From: Octopus sinensis
Taxonomy: Eukaryota
Assembly (NCBI RefSeq): GCF_006345805.1
Contig: NC_043015.1
Location: 33,356,001 to 33,420,000, forward strand
Direction: 5' to 3'
Length of the DNA stretch: 64,000 bases
The position numbers and the translations under genes are program-made. Within the stretch, counting starts at the first letter, position 1. Each line of letters starts with the position of its first letter. The notes beneath the pieces were generated by a model. That model made no database searches and was not told the DNA's origin. It saw nothing but the letters and a program-made list of their open reading frames with translations. Below are positions 26,301-40,265 of the stretch, piece after piece.

Positions 26301-28399
26301 ATATGTATACATTTGAGTTTCATGCTAACATCAGCTGAATGGACTGTCATGGTCCAAGTTGGTCCCAAGTAAGAGTCCCTGTCTTCCTACTTATGCTGAA
26401 GAATATCACATTTGAACACACACACACACACACACACACACATCAAATACTGCATTCAGAGTCTTTTTTCATTATTGTGGACTTTAGAAGATTGGAAATT
26501 TCCATTTACCATCATCAGTTTCATTGATTTTGCGTTTGCTTTTCCTTGCTGGTTATAGGTTGGTCAGGAGATTCTGAGCAGTGTTTTTAGGACTGGTTGC
26601 ACTTTTTTGTAGCTGATTTCTTTCTTTTTTTTGCCTTCTCTTATGACATAGAACTACATGATGTACCTATGCTAAACACTGTAACAAGCTTCAAAACATC
26701 TGGCAATCAAGTATAACCAAATGAACAAAGTGAGCCTTCTTTAGGGCAAGAGTAGAAGGCATTCTTCTTTATGGAGTTTAAAGCTGGGCAATGAAGAAGG
26801 GCTTCAGAATAGTTTTGATAGTACAACTTTTTCATGAGGGCTCAAAACAGGTCTACATACGAGCACAAGATTAACGATGAGATTTATGGCCACATTCAAC
26901 TTATCTCCACCACTGTTGCTCGTCCCAGGGTAGACTTTGTGGTCACTGCTATCATGCTGAACACCAAACATATCAGATGTTATAATCTGGAGAATTTTGC
27001 ACCCTGGCCCTTTAGCATTCAGATTACTCTGTCAAATGTGATGCTAATTTATTCACATTGTTTTTAATTAATCCTGCATATCTCGTGGTTCTGAGATTTT
27101 GATGATGATGATGATTGTTGATTTTTAGAATGACATTGTAGAGTTGATGTGAGAAACCAGATCTGGCCAGTTTGAACATAAAATATGTAGAGTATTTGGG
27201 TTGGATATGGTCAGTTTAAATGCTGAAGGGTTTAATGGAGGAGGAAGAAGATGAAACTGAGGGAGCATCAAATTAAAGGGAGATTGAAATTTCAGGCACA
27301 ATATGGTGAAATGCATCTCTATTGTGGCCGCTTGAAGAAGAAGAAGAACACACACAAACACATGTCAAATAATACCAAATGTGATATTCCATTTGCTTAT
27401 TTTGAAATATAAACAATGTATTTACTCTCGAGACACCAATTTCTAAGATTTTTACTTAAAATATTATATTGGATACAAAGAAAAATGGAGTGAAGCAAAA
27501 ATCTCTTTCCTCTTTATTGTCAAGCATAGCTGACCTTCTGCTTGATGAGAAATTCATAAGACTCGGTGACTTTATAGCTTCGACTTAGAAATAACAAATG
27601 ATTTTTGATGATCCTCTTTCATAAACAACTAAATGTTACGTGTGTCTGTCCCCCACCCCAAGTGTATAGATAGGTGTGTATATGTATGTGCAAGTATTAC
27701 TCTATTCATAAATGCGCATTGTGTGGATGTGTGCAAAGACGATGACATTAAGTTAACTCAATAAATCAATGAGAAGGATTTGGGAAAGGAAGAAACTGGA
27801 ATAAAATTTCAGAAACCATCTGAAGTGGGTGTGCATGGGGGGAGGGGGGAGGAGGTGGAATTATTGATGTAGGTTTAGAAATAACAATTAAAGCTTTACA
27901 ACAGGGAGTAAAGCTCTTGGTAAATATCTACAATTTCAGTTCAAATCCATCTGACTATTTTTAGTAATTTTTCTCAAACGTTTGATTTTTATTGAACCAC
28001 GAGGAGTGACAGTAAACCTTCACATAATTTGAATTCTGGAATGCAGAACATGGGAGATATTAAACTTCAGTTACAATAGAAACATCCATGCTGGTTCTCT
28101 CCCTTATTGCAACCTCTCCACCTCGGACAATGAAGCCTTTTGGTTTGCCAGAAAAAGCAGCTATGTTCTCTTTAATCCTTTAACTGCAAAATTAAATGTT
28201 ATGGCTATTCTAGTATCTACAAAAAATATTGGTATTTTCCGCAAGTCATGTTGCCTCAATAAACTTGACATATCTCAATAGAAAATAGTTTCAAAGATGA
28301 CATTCCACATTGGAAGAAAGGTTGGTACGTAGAACTACTTTCAGCAGTTAAAGCTAATGAAATTTTGAGTGGATTTATCTGCTTTCTGCAGTAAAAGTG

Positions 28400-28607
28400 T
28401 TAACCCTTTAGCTTTCTGAATACTCTGTCAAATGTAATATTTATTCAAATTGTTTTGAATTAATCAGGTATGAACATTGAAATTTTGATGATGCAATTGT
28501 TTATTTTTAGAATGACATTGCAGGGTTGGTGTGATTTGGCTGACTTCAACATAAAACAAATAGAACATTTGGGCCGGAGATGGTCAGTTTAAATGCTAAA
28601 AGGTTAA
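28400..28607. mobile_element. piggyBac-like MITE (TTAA-flanked, CCCTTTAGC termini)
   Basis: ttaaccctttagc...gctaaaaggttaa. Family copies at 24210-24434 and 27008-27235, and inverted at 23228-23452 and 43546-43755. Confidence 0.7.
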
Positions 28608-29317
28608 ATTACACTCTGCAATCTTAAAATGTACAAGTTTACATTAGATACATGGTGGCTAAATAACAGACAAATAGCCATGGCTTGGACTTGCTTAGTC
28701 ATATTTCTCCTCAAACGGTTGACAAGACATTGAACAACACTTTAGATGATTATTTCCAACATTAGCAGAAGGTACAGATTTATGGAAGAGAAGAGAGCAA
28801 AGAGTTATTTATCAGACTCTGGTGGGATAGAATTGAGGAGTCAGCCCTAACAAGATTTGATTTGAACACACACAATTTCATAACTCTACAAAACATTTTA
28901 GTATGGTATCCTGCCACTGATATTTGGCAGAATCAGCACTTTGCAGCAGTCAGCTACGACTCTTTATGAGTTCAAATCTTGTCTTTAAGAGTTGATAACC
29001 TGAGTACCTGTTATATTCTGGAGTCAACTATTGCCAACTATAGCTTCTCATTCATCAAAATGTTTCTCATCATTACCATTGACATTTAATGTGTTTCCCA
29101 TGCTGGTATTGGTTGAATGGTTCAACAGGAACTAGTAAACCAGAGAGCAGCACCAGGCTGAATTGTCTGGTTTGGTACAATTTTTACAGCTGGTTGCCTT
29201 CCTGTGCTACATAATTATCATCTGGCTGTAAAAATATATTAACAAATACACGTATATACATATACAAACATACACACACAGTCATACATCTAGATACATG
29301 TACACATACATACACAC

Positions 29318-30052
29318 ATCATCATCATTATTTACTGTCTGTTATCCATGCTGGCATGGGTTGGATGGTTTGACCAGAGCTGGTAAACTGAGGGGCTGCA
29401 CCAGATTCCAGTCTGATTTGACATGGTTTCTATGGCTGGATGCCTTTTCTAACTCCAACCACTCCGAGATGGGTGATTTTATGTGCCACCAGTATGGGTG
29501 CCAGTTGCGTGACACTATTATCTGCAACGATTACAATTTCATTTGGCTTGATGGATCTTCCTTCTGAAGCACAGCTTATTGCCAAAGGTCTTGGTCATTT
29601 GTTATTATCTCTAAGAGGCCCTAGTTCCACAATACCAGCATTGGCCACATTGCCTCTATGAGGCCCAACACTTGAAAGGTGCCTTTTACATGCCACCGGC
29701 ACGGGTGCCTGTTACGTGACACCAACAACAGCCACAACTATGATCTCATTTGACTTGACAGGTCTTTGCAAGCACAGCATATTGCTAGTCATTGCCTCCA
29801 TGAGACCCAGTGTTTGAAGCTCATGCCTCACCACTTCATCCCATGTCTCCCTGGGTCACCCTCTTCCACAGCTTCCTTCCACTTATTCACACAAATGTCC
29901 ACATCCATATGCATCACATGACCATACTAATGCAGTCGTCTCTCTTACACACTACATCTTATGCTTAATTTTTCTCTCAAGATGCTTACACTCTGTCATG
30001 CATGCACTTTGACATTGCACATCCAATGAAACATACTAGCTTCATTTCTTTC
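29318..30052 (-). mobile_element. RTE LINE 3' end (same family as 12630-13645, opposite orientation)
   Basis: Reverse-complement similarity to 12800-13640, including the (CAT)n tail on the plus strand. Confidence 0.75.
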
Positions 30053-31559
30053 AGGCCTACGCATGTCCTCATACATACACAAACATATATATATATATAT
30101 AAACATACATGCACAAACATACACACATTAATGAAGAAAGCAGACAGGCAGATAAAAAGAAGGAAAGGTGCCTTAAGTCCTAAATTAAATGATGGAAGAT
30201 TTAGTCAGAAATGTAACTGACAGATATGAAATGCAAAATTATTTGTTGTGGAATAATAATAATAACAATGACAGAAAACAGCAACAATAATAATATTCAT
30301 AATAAATATGAGGAGAAACTGCAAGAAAATTGAAAGCAAACTATTGTTGAAATAATTAAAACAAAGAGGAAAATGTGTGAAGATACTTGTTTAATTCATC
30401 AATATTTTTGGAATTTATTCTTGAAATCTTTGAATGTTTGTTGCTGTATTGTCTGCTGGTTTTGTTACAAAAAAACCTGACAATACACACACACAAATAA
30501 ACTTTCACTGAAGAACATAAACACATGTACACACACACACACACTGTATGACTGCATATGCATATACATTAATACATAAACAAACTTACAAACACTCCAG
30601 TGTTCTTTGTACATATGCATACGTAAGTACACACTGACTTACACATGTATACATACATCCAGCAATACACATGTATACACTTACATGTGCAAATATATAC
30701 AGTGAGCCATACATATACTGTACAGCTGATATATACATACACACACAAAATATTACTTTTTTAGATCCATAAGTCTCACAAAGTAACTACCAAAATCGTT
30801 TATTTTTAGCAAGATGCTAAGACACAAGTATATATTTCTTTCACCTTTTCTAAATCTAGACGACGATGATGATGATGATGATGATAACAACAACAACCAC
30901 ACAAGTAATTTTGCAGATTCTTAGCTGAAGTCATAAGCCATTATTGCAGTGTACATTACTAAGAATTCCTAATAGATATATGGTGATAAAATATACTTTC
31001 ATTCCATGTAGATTAGAAACCACAAACCTTTGATGTTTTCTCTGCACCAAGATTAAAGTTGCCATATTTCACCCCCATCCCCACCATCACTGCTCGTAAG
31101 ACAACAATGGAATCTCTAGGTGGTTGTTCCATATACAAGACATAGCGACCAAATCACCCTTATATCACAACTAATTATAAATAAATAGAAGGCTACATTA
31201 GTTGGAGTCAATCTAATCCTTTTTACACTAAAAGTCTGTCGAAATAAAGGAGGGGGTGGCTGCCATTGGAATCATTGATTGTTGGTCTGCTGGATCAGAG
31301 CTGACAGGTAATAACTGACAAATGATAACACTAAATATATGCAGGTGTAGCTGTGTGGTAAAAAGCTTGCTTCGCAATCACACGGTTGAGGTAAGATATG
31401 GTTGGATATTCTTCCTAATACCAACCTATACCTATTTCTCAAGTAAAATATTTATATCATCACAGGTTTTCAAAGGCACACATCAACCAGTCATAATGCC
31501 AACGAGCAATGTAAACACCATTCACCAGTTCACTTGACCAAAGAGAAGAATATTTATGT

Positions 31560-32950
31560 TCTTACATTAAATACTAGAATTTCTCCAATTGATACAGTTT
31601 GGGTTATAAACAGCCACTTTCCTAGAGGCACCTGCCTTTGTTGCTGTTCATACTCAGAATCATCAATTTACTATCCAGGTCCAAGATGAGTGTTTGTATT
31701 TTGAGATTTTGACCATTCTGAAATAACAGTGCCACCCTGCTCAATCTTGGCCAACTAAAGAAGCATATGGTTGGCTGTATGCAGAAAAACTTGGTGCCAC
31801 TTAGGGCCATTACATCCAAATCCCATGACCTTAGGCCATGTGAGAATATTAAGGAATTGACCTTGCTTCCAGAATAACCTCAAGCCATGTGCATTTATAA
31901 ATCCTACTCCCGGCAGAGAAAAGGTGAGAAAAATTACTTACCTTGGACTCAAAGAATGAGTAATCCAGCATTCTTGATGAGGAAGCCTTCCCTGAAAGGT
32001 TCCTCTAAAAGGTTCTGGTTCACTATCATGGAAAATTCTTACGTCACATGGAAAACCTTTTCTGAGGAGTTTACTTGCAAATGGCTCGAAGTAAACTTCT
32101 CAAATCCCTTCCCATTTATTCTTTTGAGATTCTTTCCTTTTTTTAATGTTTTTTTTAATATATTTCATCAACACACTAATTTATAACAATGAAGAAGAAG
32201 AAGAAAAGAGGTTTCTGGGCTTGTATTGTTGTTGCCCCATTTGATATTTTTGAGAATGGTTATAATTATGTTCAGCTGCTGCTTTCCCAATGCAACAGGT
32301 ATGCTTTATAGCATTACTGCTGATCACAATAGATTTTTGTGTTCCAGATGCTAGAAGCAGGGTATGTGACTGCATATTCTTTTCCTTCGGCAAAGGATGA
32401 AGGATGTTTAGATGAATTGTGCTGCCGTAGTTGAAACATTGTGCTCTCTGACATAATGCAAGCAAATTAATACAAATTAATACAATGACCTTGTAGCTCT
32501 AACGCAAGCATTATCCCAGATCAGTTAACCTGGAAGGTGTGATGCAGGTCCCATCAACATACTCCTTATTAACACTGCTCTAAGTCCACCTCTTCCAGCA
32601 CAATCCTGAATGCTTGTTTGCTTGTCTATGTAAGAAAAGGGTAAATAAATTTGGAGTGCATGACATTATTCGAATTATCTCCAGTTTTACATAGGAGTTC
32701 CACCGTGCCTTTCTTTCTTGTGTCCCAAGCAATGTCTTCTACCTCAGGAATCATTTGAACTAATTAAAATTCTCAGAGATGCACTTATAAAGTGGTCTTC
32801 CCCTTTTCCTCTATCGGTAGCACAATAGGAATTGGTAATCAAACTCACTCCCATCATATTTGTGCCATATTCCTGGTTCTCAGCCTTTGCTTGCCTTTCG
32901 TGTTCTTCCAAGAACCAGGTTATTTTTGCACACAATCCCTAATTAAGGGA
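31560..32950 (-). mobile_element. Decayed L1/Tx1-like LINE (probable ORF1 remnant and ORF2 endonuclease start)
   Basis: GFINAHGLR...DLDVMALSGTK...SRVALLF...ILDLDSKLMIL at ~31600-31910 match APE motifs. The upstream extent is uncertain. Confidence 0.6.
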
Positions 32951-33497
32951 GGATTAGTGGCTTTTGTTATCATGTTGTTGATATTGCAGTGATGGTGGGT
33001 GTTGGGATGAGGAGTATAGTTTAAAAATTATACTCCTCATCTCTTCACTGACATTGTTGTTACCACACACTTCAACATGACTGGTGCAGGTGTAGCGGAT
33101 GATAAAGGTGATGGTAATAGTGGTTGTGTCCTCATCATAGTCACAGAACACTGGAATGGTGAAGAGAAGCAAGTCACATGCTCCCCCCTGCCTCACATGA
33201 TATCAAAGAAAGAGAATTTCTACTTTCCTGTTCATTTATCATTTCATGTTTCCTTTTCTTTGAATATTAAAATATTTCTTTTAATATTTAAAGAATATTT
33301 TCTGAAAATTTCAATTTCAGATCAACCTCAATAAAGGCTGAGGGGATTAGCTAATCAACACACGACATCACTTATCAATTCTGCTATGAGATGGCACTAA
33401 TTGATGGAGAACAAAAGTATACATTTGCAATGGCCAAAGTTGATACAAAGAGTTCTAAAAATTTGTTAGCCAATATTCAGCGGCAGCAATAATAATG

Positions 33498-33546
<49 letters not shown>

Positions 33547-33589
33547 TAACAATAATAATAATAATCCTGAAAATCCTGAAATAATAATA

Positions 33590-34090
33590 ATCCAGAAATC
33601 CTGAAATTTTGGTGGGAGTGGATTAGTTGATTACATCAAGCCCAGTGCTGTACCCTGAAAGGATGAAAGGCAAAGTCAACATTACCCGAACTTTTTCTGT
33701 GGGATGGGGGCAGTAATCAACCCCATTACTCAACTGGTACTTATTTTACTGATCCTGAAAGGATGAAAGGAAGTCAACCTCAGTGGAATTTGATCTCTGA
33801 ATGTGAAGCTAGAAGAAATGTTGCTAAGTATTTTTTGCTCCGTGCAGCATCAATTCTGCAAGTTTACTATCTTAATAATAACAATGACGATGATGATGAT
33901 GATATCTAGCATTGGTGCAAAGTTACAGAGAGTGTTGCTATGTTTGGTGGATTATATCGCTCAACTCTTGACTGGATTTTCTCAGTTCTCATCTGAGAAG
34001 GAAATGTAAACTTTGGTAGAACTTCAACTACAACTAACCACTGCCGAGCATTTAGACAGGTCTTCAGTTTTGTCACAGAGTCTGCCACAA
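33590..34090 (-). mobile_element. Tandem partial SINE copies after an (AAT)n tract
   Basis: Two ctgaaaggatgaaagg blocks plus decayed copies. Confidence 0.7.
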
Positions 34091-34269
34091 TTTCTCACAT
34101 AATCTCAAATGAAGGACAAAGTTGATTAAATCAACTCAGTACTTGACTGGAACTTTACAGATCCCGGAAGGTTAAACAAGAATGTAGAGTTAAATTCTCT
34201 AGGAGTTCAACTGAGAACCCAAAGGGGCATAAATTGAATATCACCATGTGTTTTACCTATCCCTTTAGT

Positions 34270-34500
34270 ATCACTCTCTATCAAGTACTCCACCATCTCT
34301 GCCTAGCACTCTACCACTTTTATTGAGCATTCAGCCGTCTTTAACTAGCACTCCTCCGTCTTTGACTAGCACCCTGCTATCTCTATCGAGCACTCAACAG
34401 TCTTTATCAAACGTTCTACCATCTTCATTGAGCCCTCTCTTATCTTTATCTACTGTCATTAGCCACCACTCTGCAGTCTTTATCTCTGAATCTACTACCT
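34270..34500. repeat. Degenerate 21-nt minisatellite
   Basis: tctttnactagcacyc-like unit; produces the 7-aa periodicity in ORF 34323-34571. Confidence 0.65.
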
Positions 34501-34666
34501 TTATCTGCCACTCAACCATTTTTACCTACTCCTTCCCCACCACTCTCAACATAAAGAGCCAGAACAAATAACTGCAAGCATTTTTGATTTTCTATTGATT
34601 TTGCCAATCCATTGCCATAAATGACAATACCACCAACAGGAACAATAAAACAACAGCAATAACAAT

Positions 34667-34714
<48 letters not shown>

Positions 34715-35981
34715 TAATAATAATAATAATAATAGTAACAACCATAATAAATATTATTATGAAACAAAGAAAAAAAAACATTTAAGTTAAAATATTTTAT
34801 TGAAACCAAATTTATTACAAATGTGATAAAATAAAATAAAAAAAAGAAAAAAACAAAGTTTGAAGGGTTAATTAAAATAATAGGAAAATGCCATTATCAT
34901 TAAAAGTATTATTATTATTATTATTATCAATACAGCTATGAATTGGAAGAAGAGGCAGCAGTTAAGAAGCAACTTTAAGACCAGACGAGGATAATAATAC
35001 ACACGTTTTGGTATTAGTATGATAGCAATAGGTAAAACAAAGACAAAGAGGTTATTCAGGTCATGCTTTAGTAAGCTTTTAGTTAATGTTGTACAACAGT
35101 TAGAGCAAGGATGGATATTTGGTTTGATGTGGCAGGTTATAACGGTTGTTGTTGTTAATTAGCTTTGATAATCTAACGAAGGAAGAATTCCAGTTCAATA
35201 TCAATTGTCTTTCATTCGTCATCCCTTCAGGTGTGGAATTGTCAACAGTCAAAATTGAAAGTGATTGTCATGGTGGGAAGGCACTCAAACAATTAACATC
35301 AAATAAATTTGTGGGGGGGGGGGCATGAGAGAATGTGTGATCATGCATGTATACCCACAACAGGCTTCCTTCAGTTTCCTCCTACTAGATCCAGTCACAA
35401 GGCTTTCTTTGGCCTGGGTCTGTAGTAGACAACATTTACCCAAAGCACCATGTAGTGCAACTAAACCCAAAACCACAGAGCCGGGAAGTAAACTTGTTAA
35501 TCACATAGCCATATATATGAGTATATATATGTGTGTGTGTGTGTGTGTGTACATTCACACACACACACACTCATATCAAATAACAAATGACAAAAGAATG
35601 ACATCATGCTCATTCGCTCACAACTGATTTGGTGCTGAAAAATCCTGCACCCATTGTTGAGTGCCAGTGCAATTTCTAACAGCTCCATCAGAGCCAATTC
35701 TGTGTAGTGTTTCTTTGTTATGGAAAACATACCATTCCACAAATATAGGCATTTTTATTTTGGTTAAGTCAGTCTGTTGCTGCTCTGAGTTTTGCTTATG
35801 GATGCACAGGGTCTTCAGGCACGGAAAACTCAGAATAGCAAGAGACTGAATCACCCAAAGTATATTATCAATCTCTCCTATGGTATTGAGTACTCTTTCT
35901 TCCAACAGTCAACACTAAATGGGTATCTTCATCACACACACACACCTTTGTCTTTTTTTTTTTTTTGGAACAGTGAATCTC

Positions 35982-36126
35982 AAAGCAAATAAAGCTATTA
36001 ATATTGGATTAAAATCCTTTTGAATAGAAAAAGTCAAAAGCTGTCTGTGGGACAACTGACTTTTACTGCTGAAAGGTTGTTTTAATCCAATATTTACCAG
36101 CTGTTAGCTACAGCTTTATTTGCTTT
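35982..36126. repeat. Imperfect ~145-bp hairpin
   Basis: Nested pairs aaagcaaataaagct/agctttatttgcttt, aatattggattaaaa/ttttaatccaatatt and aaaagtca/tgactttt. Confidence 0.75.
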
Positions 36127-39100
36127 AGGATCCGTTCTCATCCATTTTAAAAGTCAACTATATATATATATATATATATATTACACATACATGGAAAAGA
36201 AGAAAACCAGCAAAAAGTTACATCAAACAATTGCTAAAAAAACATGGGGTGCTCTATCCAAGAGCTTTAAATTGCTATGGATGATATTGTGGAATGGAAG
36301 ATACATCAGGAATGTTGAAAAAGTTGTGATCCATTAACACTAACTGTATGTGTGTGTGTGTAAATATTGCAAGACATCTTTGAAATGGTTTAGTTTGTTT
36401 CTATCATTAGTCAAGAGTGAAAAAAATAAACCTTACAAAGAATGAACAGGGCTTAAATGTTGAAAATCATAAACAATATTCATAAAATTAAGAGGATTCG
36501 TTAAGTTTGGAGGAGATTTGAGTTCTGATTTTGTGTACTATTTGGAGTTTATCTTATTTTACCAATTTCAAGCATTTTTATTTACTTAGACCATCTTCAT
36601 TGTTTTTTTTTTATGCTTTTTCCAAATTCTAGCTTTGGTTTTTACTCTTCATATCAGGATTTTACAAAACAACAAGAATATTAATAAAATAACAATAAAG
36701 AAGAGATTAGCAGTTGAAGAAATACTCTTTCATTGGAACTGGTAATAAATTGTGTATAAAAGTTTTTGCATTTGAGCCAATAATCTTTTCAACAAACAGG
36801 AAAAGTAGTGCTGAGATTAGGTGTGTAGATTAATGGTTTAAGTTTTGATTGGTAAAGGTCTCAGATTTGGATTAGGGTCAGTCACTGGAACTTAAAATAA
36901 CTGATTTTTACTAATTAAAGAATTAAGGTCTTTGATCCAAGAACATACTGAACGTAACAGGAAAGTTTGATCTGAAAGAAAGATGGTCTTTGAGTTCTGA
37001 ATGGTTGCAGGTATGGTGTAAGGTCAGAACAGTAGTAGCCTAAAATAGATGACTGACTGAACAATTGTGTCTAATTTAGGCTTAAGGTCAGTTGCTTTGA
37101 GGAAAGCAGTTAGTTGATAGCTCTGACCCTGAAAGTATGAAAAGCAAAGTTGACCTTCACAGGATTTGAACTCAGAACTTATAGAGCCAGAAGAAATATT
37201 ACAATTTATTAAGTCCAATGCTCTAACAATTTTGTCAATCCACTGCCTTGGCTTCTGTTAATCCAATGCCCTTTCAGAGAGAGAGAGAGAGAGAGAGAGG
37301 AGAGTTCAATATCTATCAAAGAATTGGGAACTGATGCCATTGATTTTAGAGGCAAAGATATAGAAATATTAGCAATAAGTAGATCAATAGCCAGATATAT
37401 TCAAATAAATCAATATACTAATAAATCAAATATCCATAAAGAAACAGATTTAATAATGTTAGATAGATAGAAATATAAATAAATACACAGATAGGGAAAT
37501 TGTTATGTAGATCGAGAGATATGATAGATGGGTGAACAGCAATATTTATAGAATGCTTTAACAGTTTAAAATCAGAACGAATAGAGAACAAGGGGAAGAT
37601 GCGCTTTATAGAGACCAATATGTTTCAAAGAATGGTCAACGATTCAGAATTATACATTTTGTATGACATTTAAATGTATCAGGTAAAGTCATCAAGTCAG
37701 AGGTCTAATGTAATCTTGGATTATTTCTGACCTCATTTGTTCATACATTGCCATTGCCTGCATTACTATGCTAGATATTATTGCAAATTTACACATTTCC
37801 ATGAAATATCAAATTGTTCTAGGAATGGATAAATGTATCTTCTCGCAATGCAGTAGCATTTGGTTCATTTTTCAGTGACCAGCAATCAGAGGCATACAGA
37901 GTCTGTCTGATAAGAAACACATCTTGACTGAGATGGACAGAACTGGTTAGTTGAAACAGCACATAAGTGTGTGTTATCCTACAAAGCTATGGTCTCAATC
38001 TACACCAACAAAGATATTTTATCACAATCTATATGGTCTCATACACAATGCTACTATTAGCCTATACTACCCAACAGGGAATCAAAACTTGATCATGAGC
38101 ATGGCTTATTCATAGCCTACCCTCTACTATATGATGTAACATTCTTAAGGTGAGTTAGTGAGGTCTAAAATCTAGAATTCTGTATCACAGAACAAGGAAA
38201 ATCCCAGAGTCCACAAATTCTTTACACTAAAGTTAATAAGTTCTAGAAGTCAAAAAATTCTATAGCTCACAGAAAGGTTTTAGGTGTCATAGAAATGTGG
38301 TTACTGAGGAATCGACTCTGAAATAATTGCTGTTTTGATAAAATATTAAAATTTAAATATTCCAAAATGTTCTACAAAAGTTATATTTGTTTATTAACCT
38401 TTAGCATGCTGAAGGTGAATCATGTCACTGTACAAGTTTTTTTCCCTGTAGCTGCAGGCACATTGTGTCACATTGAGAAGGGAGAAAACTTGTATGGTGA
38501 TGTGATGTGCCCTCAGTGTGCTAAAGGTTAAACTAAAAAGCAACTACAATGGACATATCCATAGCCATTTTATGACTGTTCATTCAAAATATTAACCTTT
38601 TAAGTTTTCTATAAAAACATTCCACTATCATTTTATAAACCCTATTGTAACCGACTTAGAAAGGTATGTAAACAAATCACAGTCAGAGACATTGAGGTCG
38701 GAAACTAGGAACCACTTTCTCTTAAAGAAAAAAAAAAGAAGAAAAAAACTGTTTTGTTCTTTTCTTAGGTTCCTAAGTTTACATGAATTTTTCCTGCTGT
38801 TGTAGGTCAAATGAGTGTAAAAATGTATATATTTGTATGTGGATTATTGTAACAAATATCTCAGTTTTATGCCTGATCACTTAAGTTGAAAGAGTATCAC
38901 CTATTTTGCAACTAGGACAGTGAGTTATAGATAGAGGTACATGTGTGTCTTGTGTCTTGACTAAAATATACTACATGATGGCTTTGATAATGTACAAAAG
39001 TGTTTTACAGAAGAGATAAAGGGAAGGTGTAATTAAGAGTGTGTGACATTCATGCCTCTCTCAATAGCACAGAGAGGTAGACAAAATGAAATAGTTGAAG

Positions 39101-39609
39101 GGAATTGGAACATGGAAGCTATAACTAATATTTTAATAAACTTTCTTGGTTAGTTTATAAATTGGTAATTCTTATTCAGTAGTAATTTCAATAGAGTCAT
39201 AATTCCAATTCTCAAGACCAGCTTATCTTTTAACGGAACAGTCGACTCTTTCCCAAAGAACTATATAAATCTTGTCTCAGATTTCCTCCCAATGCAAAAA
39301 AACTTTATTGTCTCATGAAGTGGGTAATGGAGTTCACACATTTACAATTTGAAATTGCCTTCCTTGATCTACAATTACCATGGGAGGACAAAAGGAGGCA
39401 CACGACATGGGAATGGGAGTAGGGTGGTGGTGAAGAGTAGCAGTATATATATCCATATGCAACAACAACCAGATTAGCATTATCTATTATTCCTTCAATG
39501 ATACAAAAATAAGGAAAGAAGGGTTTTTTTTTTACAATACATTAATTTTGATAATATTTAAGAAGTTTCCAAAACACCAGACAAGAACAACAACAACAAT
39601 AGTTGTGAT

Positions 39610-40265
39610 AATTTCTAATCCAGACATAAGGAACATTGAAGAAGAGTAAGGTAGAGGAAGTGGCTGCAGTTAATTAAACTGTAGTTAATTAAACTGACTC
39701 CATTACTACATTGTATTTGTCACCCTAAAGATGTGAAGAGCAAAGACAACCTTGGCAAGACTTGAACCTGGTACATGAAGTGCCGTAAGTAAATACTGCC
39801 AGGCAATACCAACTCTGTTAATCTACCACCATTAACAACAAGTGTTTTTTTCTAATTTTGGCACAAGGCCAGCAATGTCGAGGGAAGAGGGCATGCCAGT
39901 TACATCAACCCAGTACTTGACAGGAAGAATGAAAGGTAAGGCTGACTTTGGCAGGATTTGAACTCAGGATGTAAAGAGCTTGAAGAAATACCACTAAGTG
40001 TTTTGTCCAATGCCTTAATAATAATAATAATAATAATAATAATAGTAGTAGTCTTTACTATAGGCACAAAGCCTGAAAGTTTGAGGGTAGGGGTAAGTCA
40101 ATTACATTGACTCCAGTGCTTAACTGGTACTTTTTTCATCAAATTTGAAAGGATGAAAGGCAAAGTCAACCTCAGTGGAATTTTAACTCAATTTGTAGAA
40201 ACAGAGGAAATGCCACTCTGCCTTTTTGTCTGGCATGCTAACAATTCTGCCAGCTTACCACCCTG
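39610..40265 (-). mobile_element. Three tandem copies of the same SINE
   Basis: Diagnostic motifs with AAT/AAC spacers. Confidence 0.75.

Noticed and set aside
31942-32099. Open frame ending SLSPR| at a perfect AAG|gtaagt donor in phase 2
   Set aside because: It has no ATG or good acceptor and sits directly upstream of the LINE endonuclease start, so it is more simply the end of LINE ORF1.
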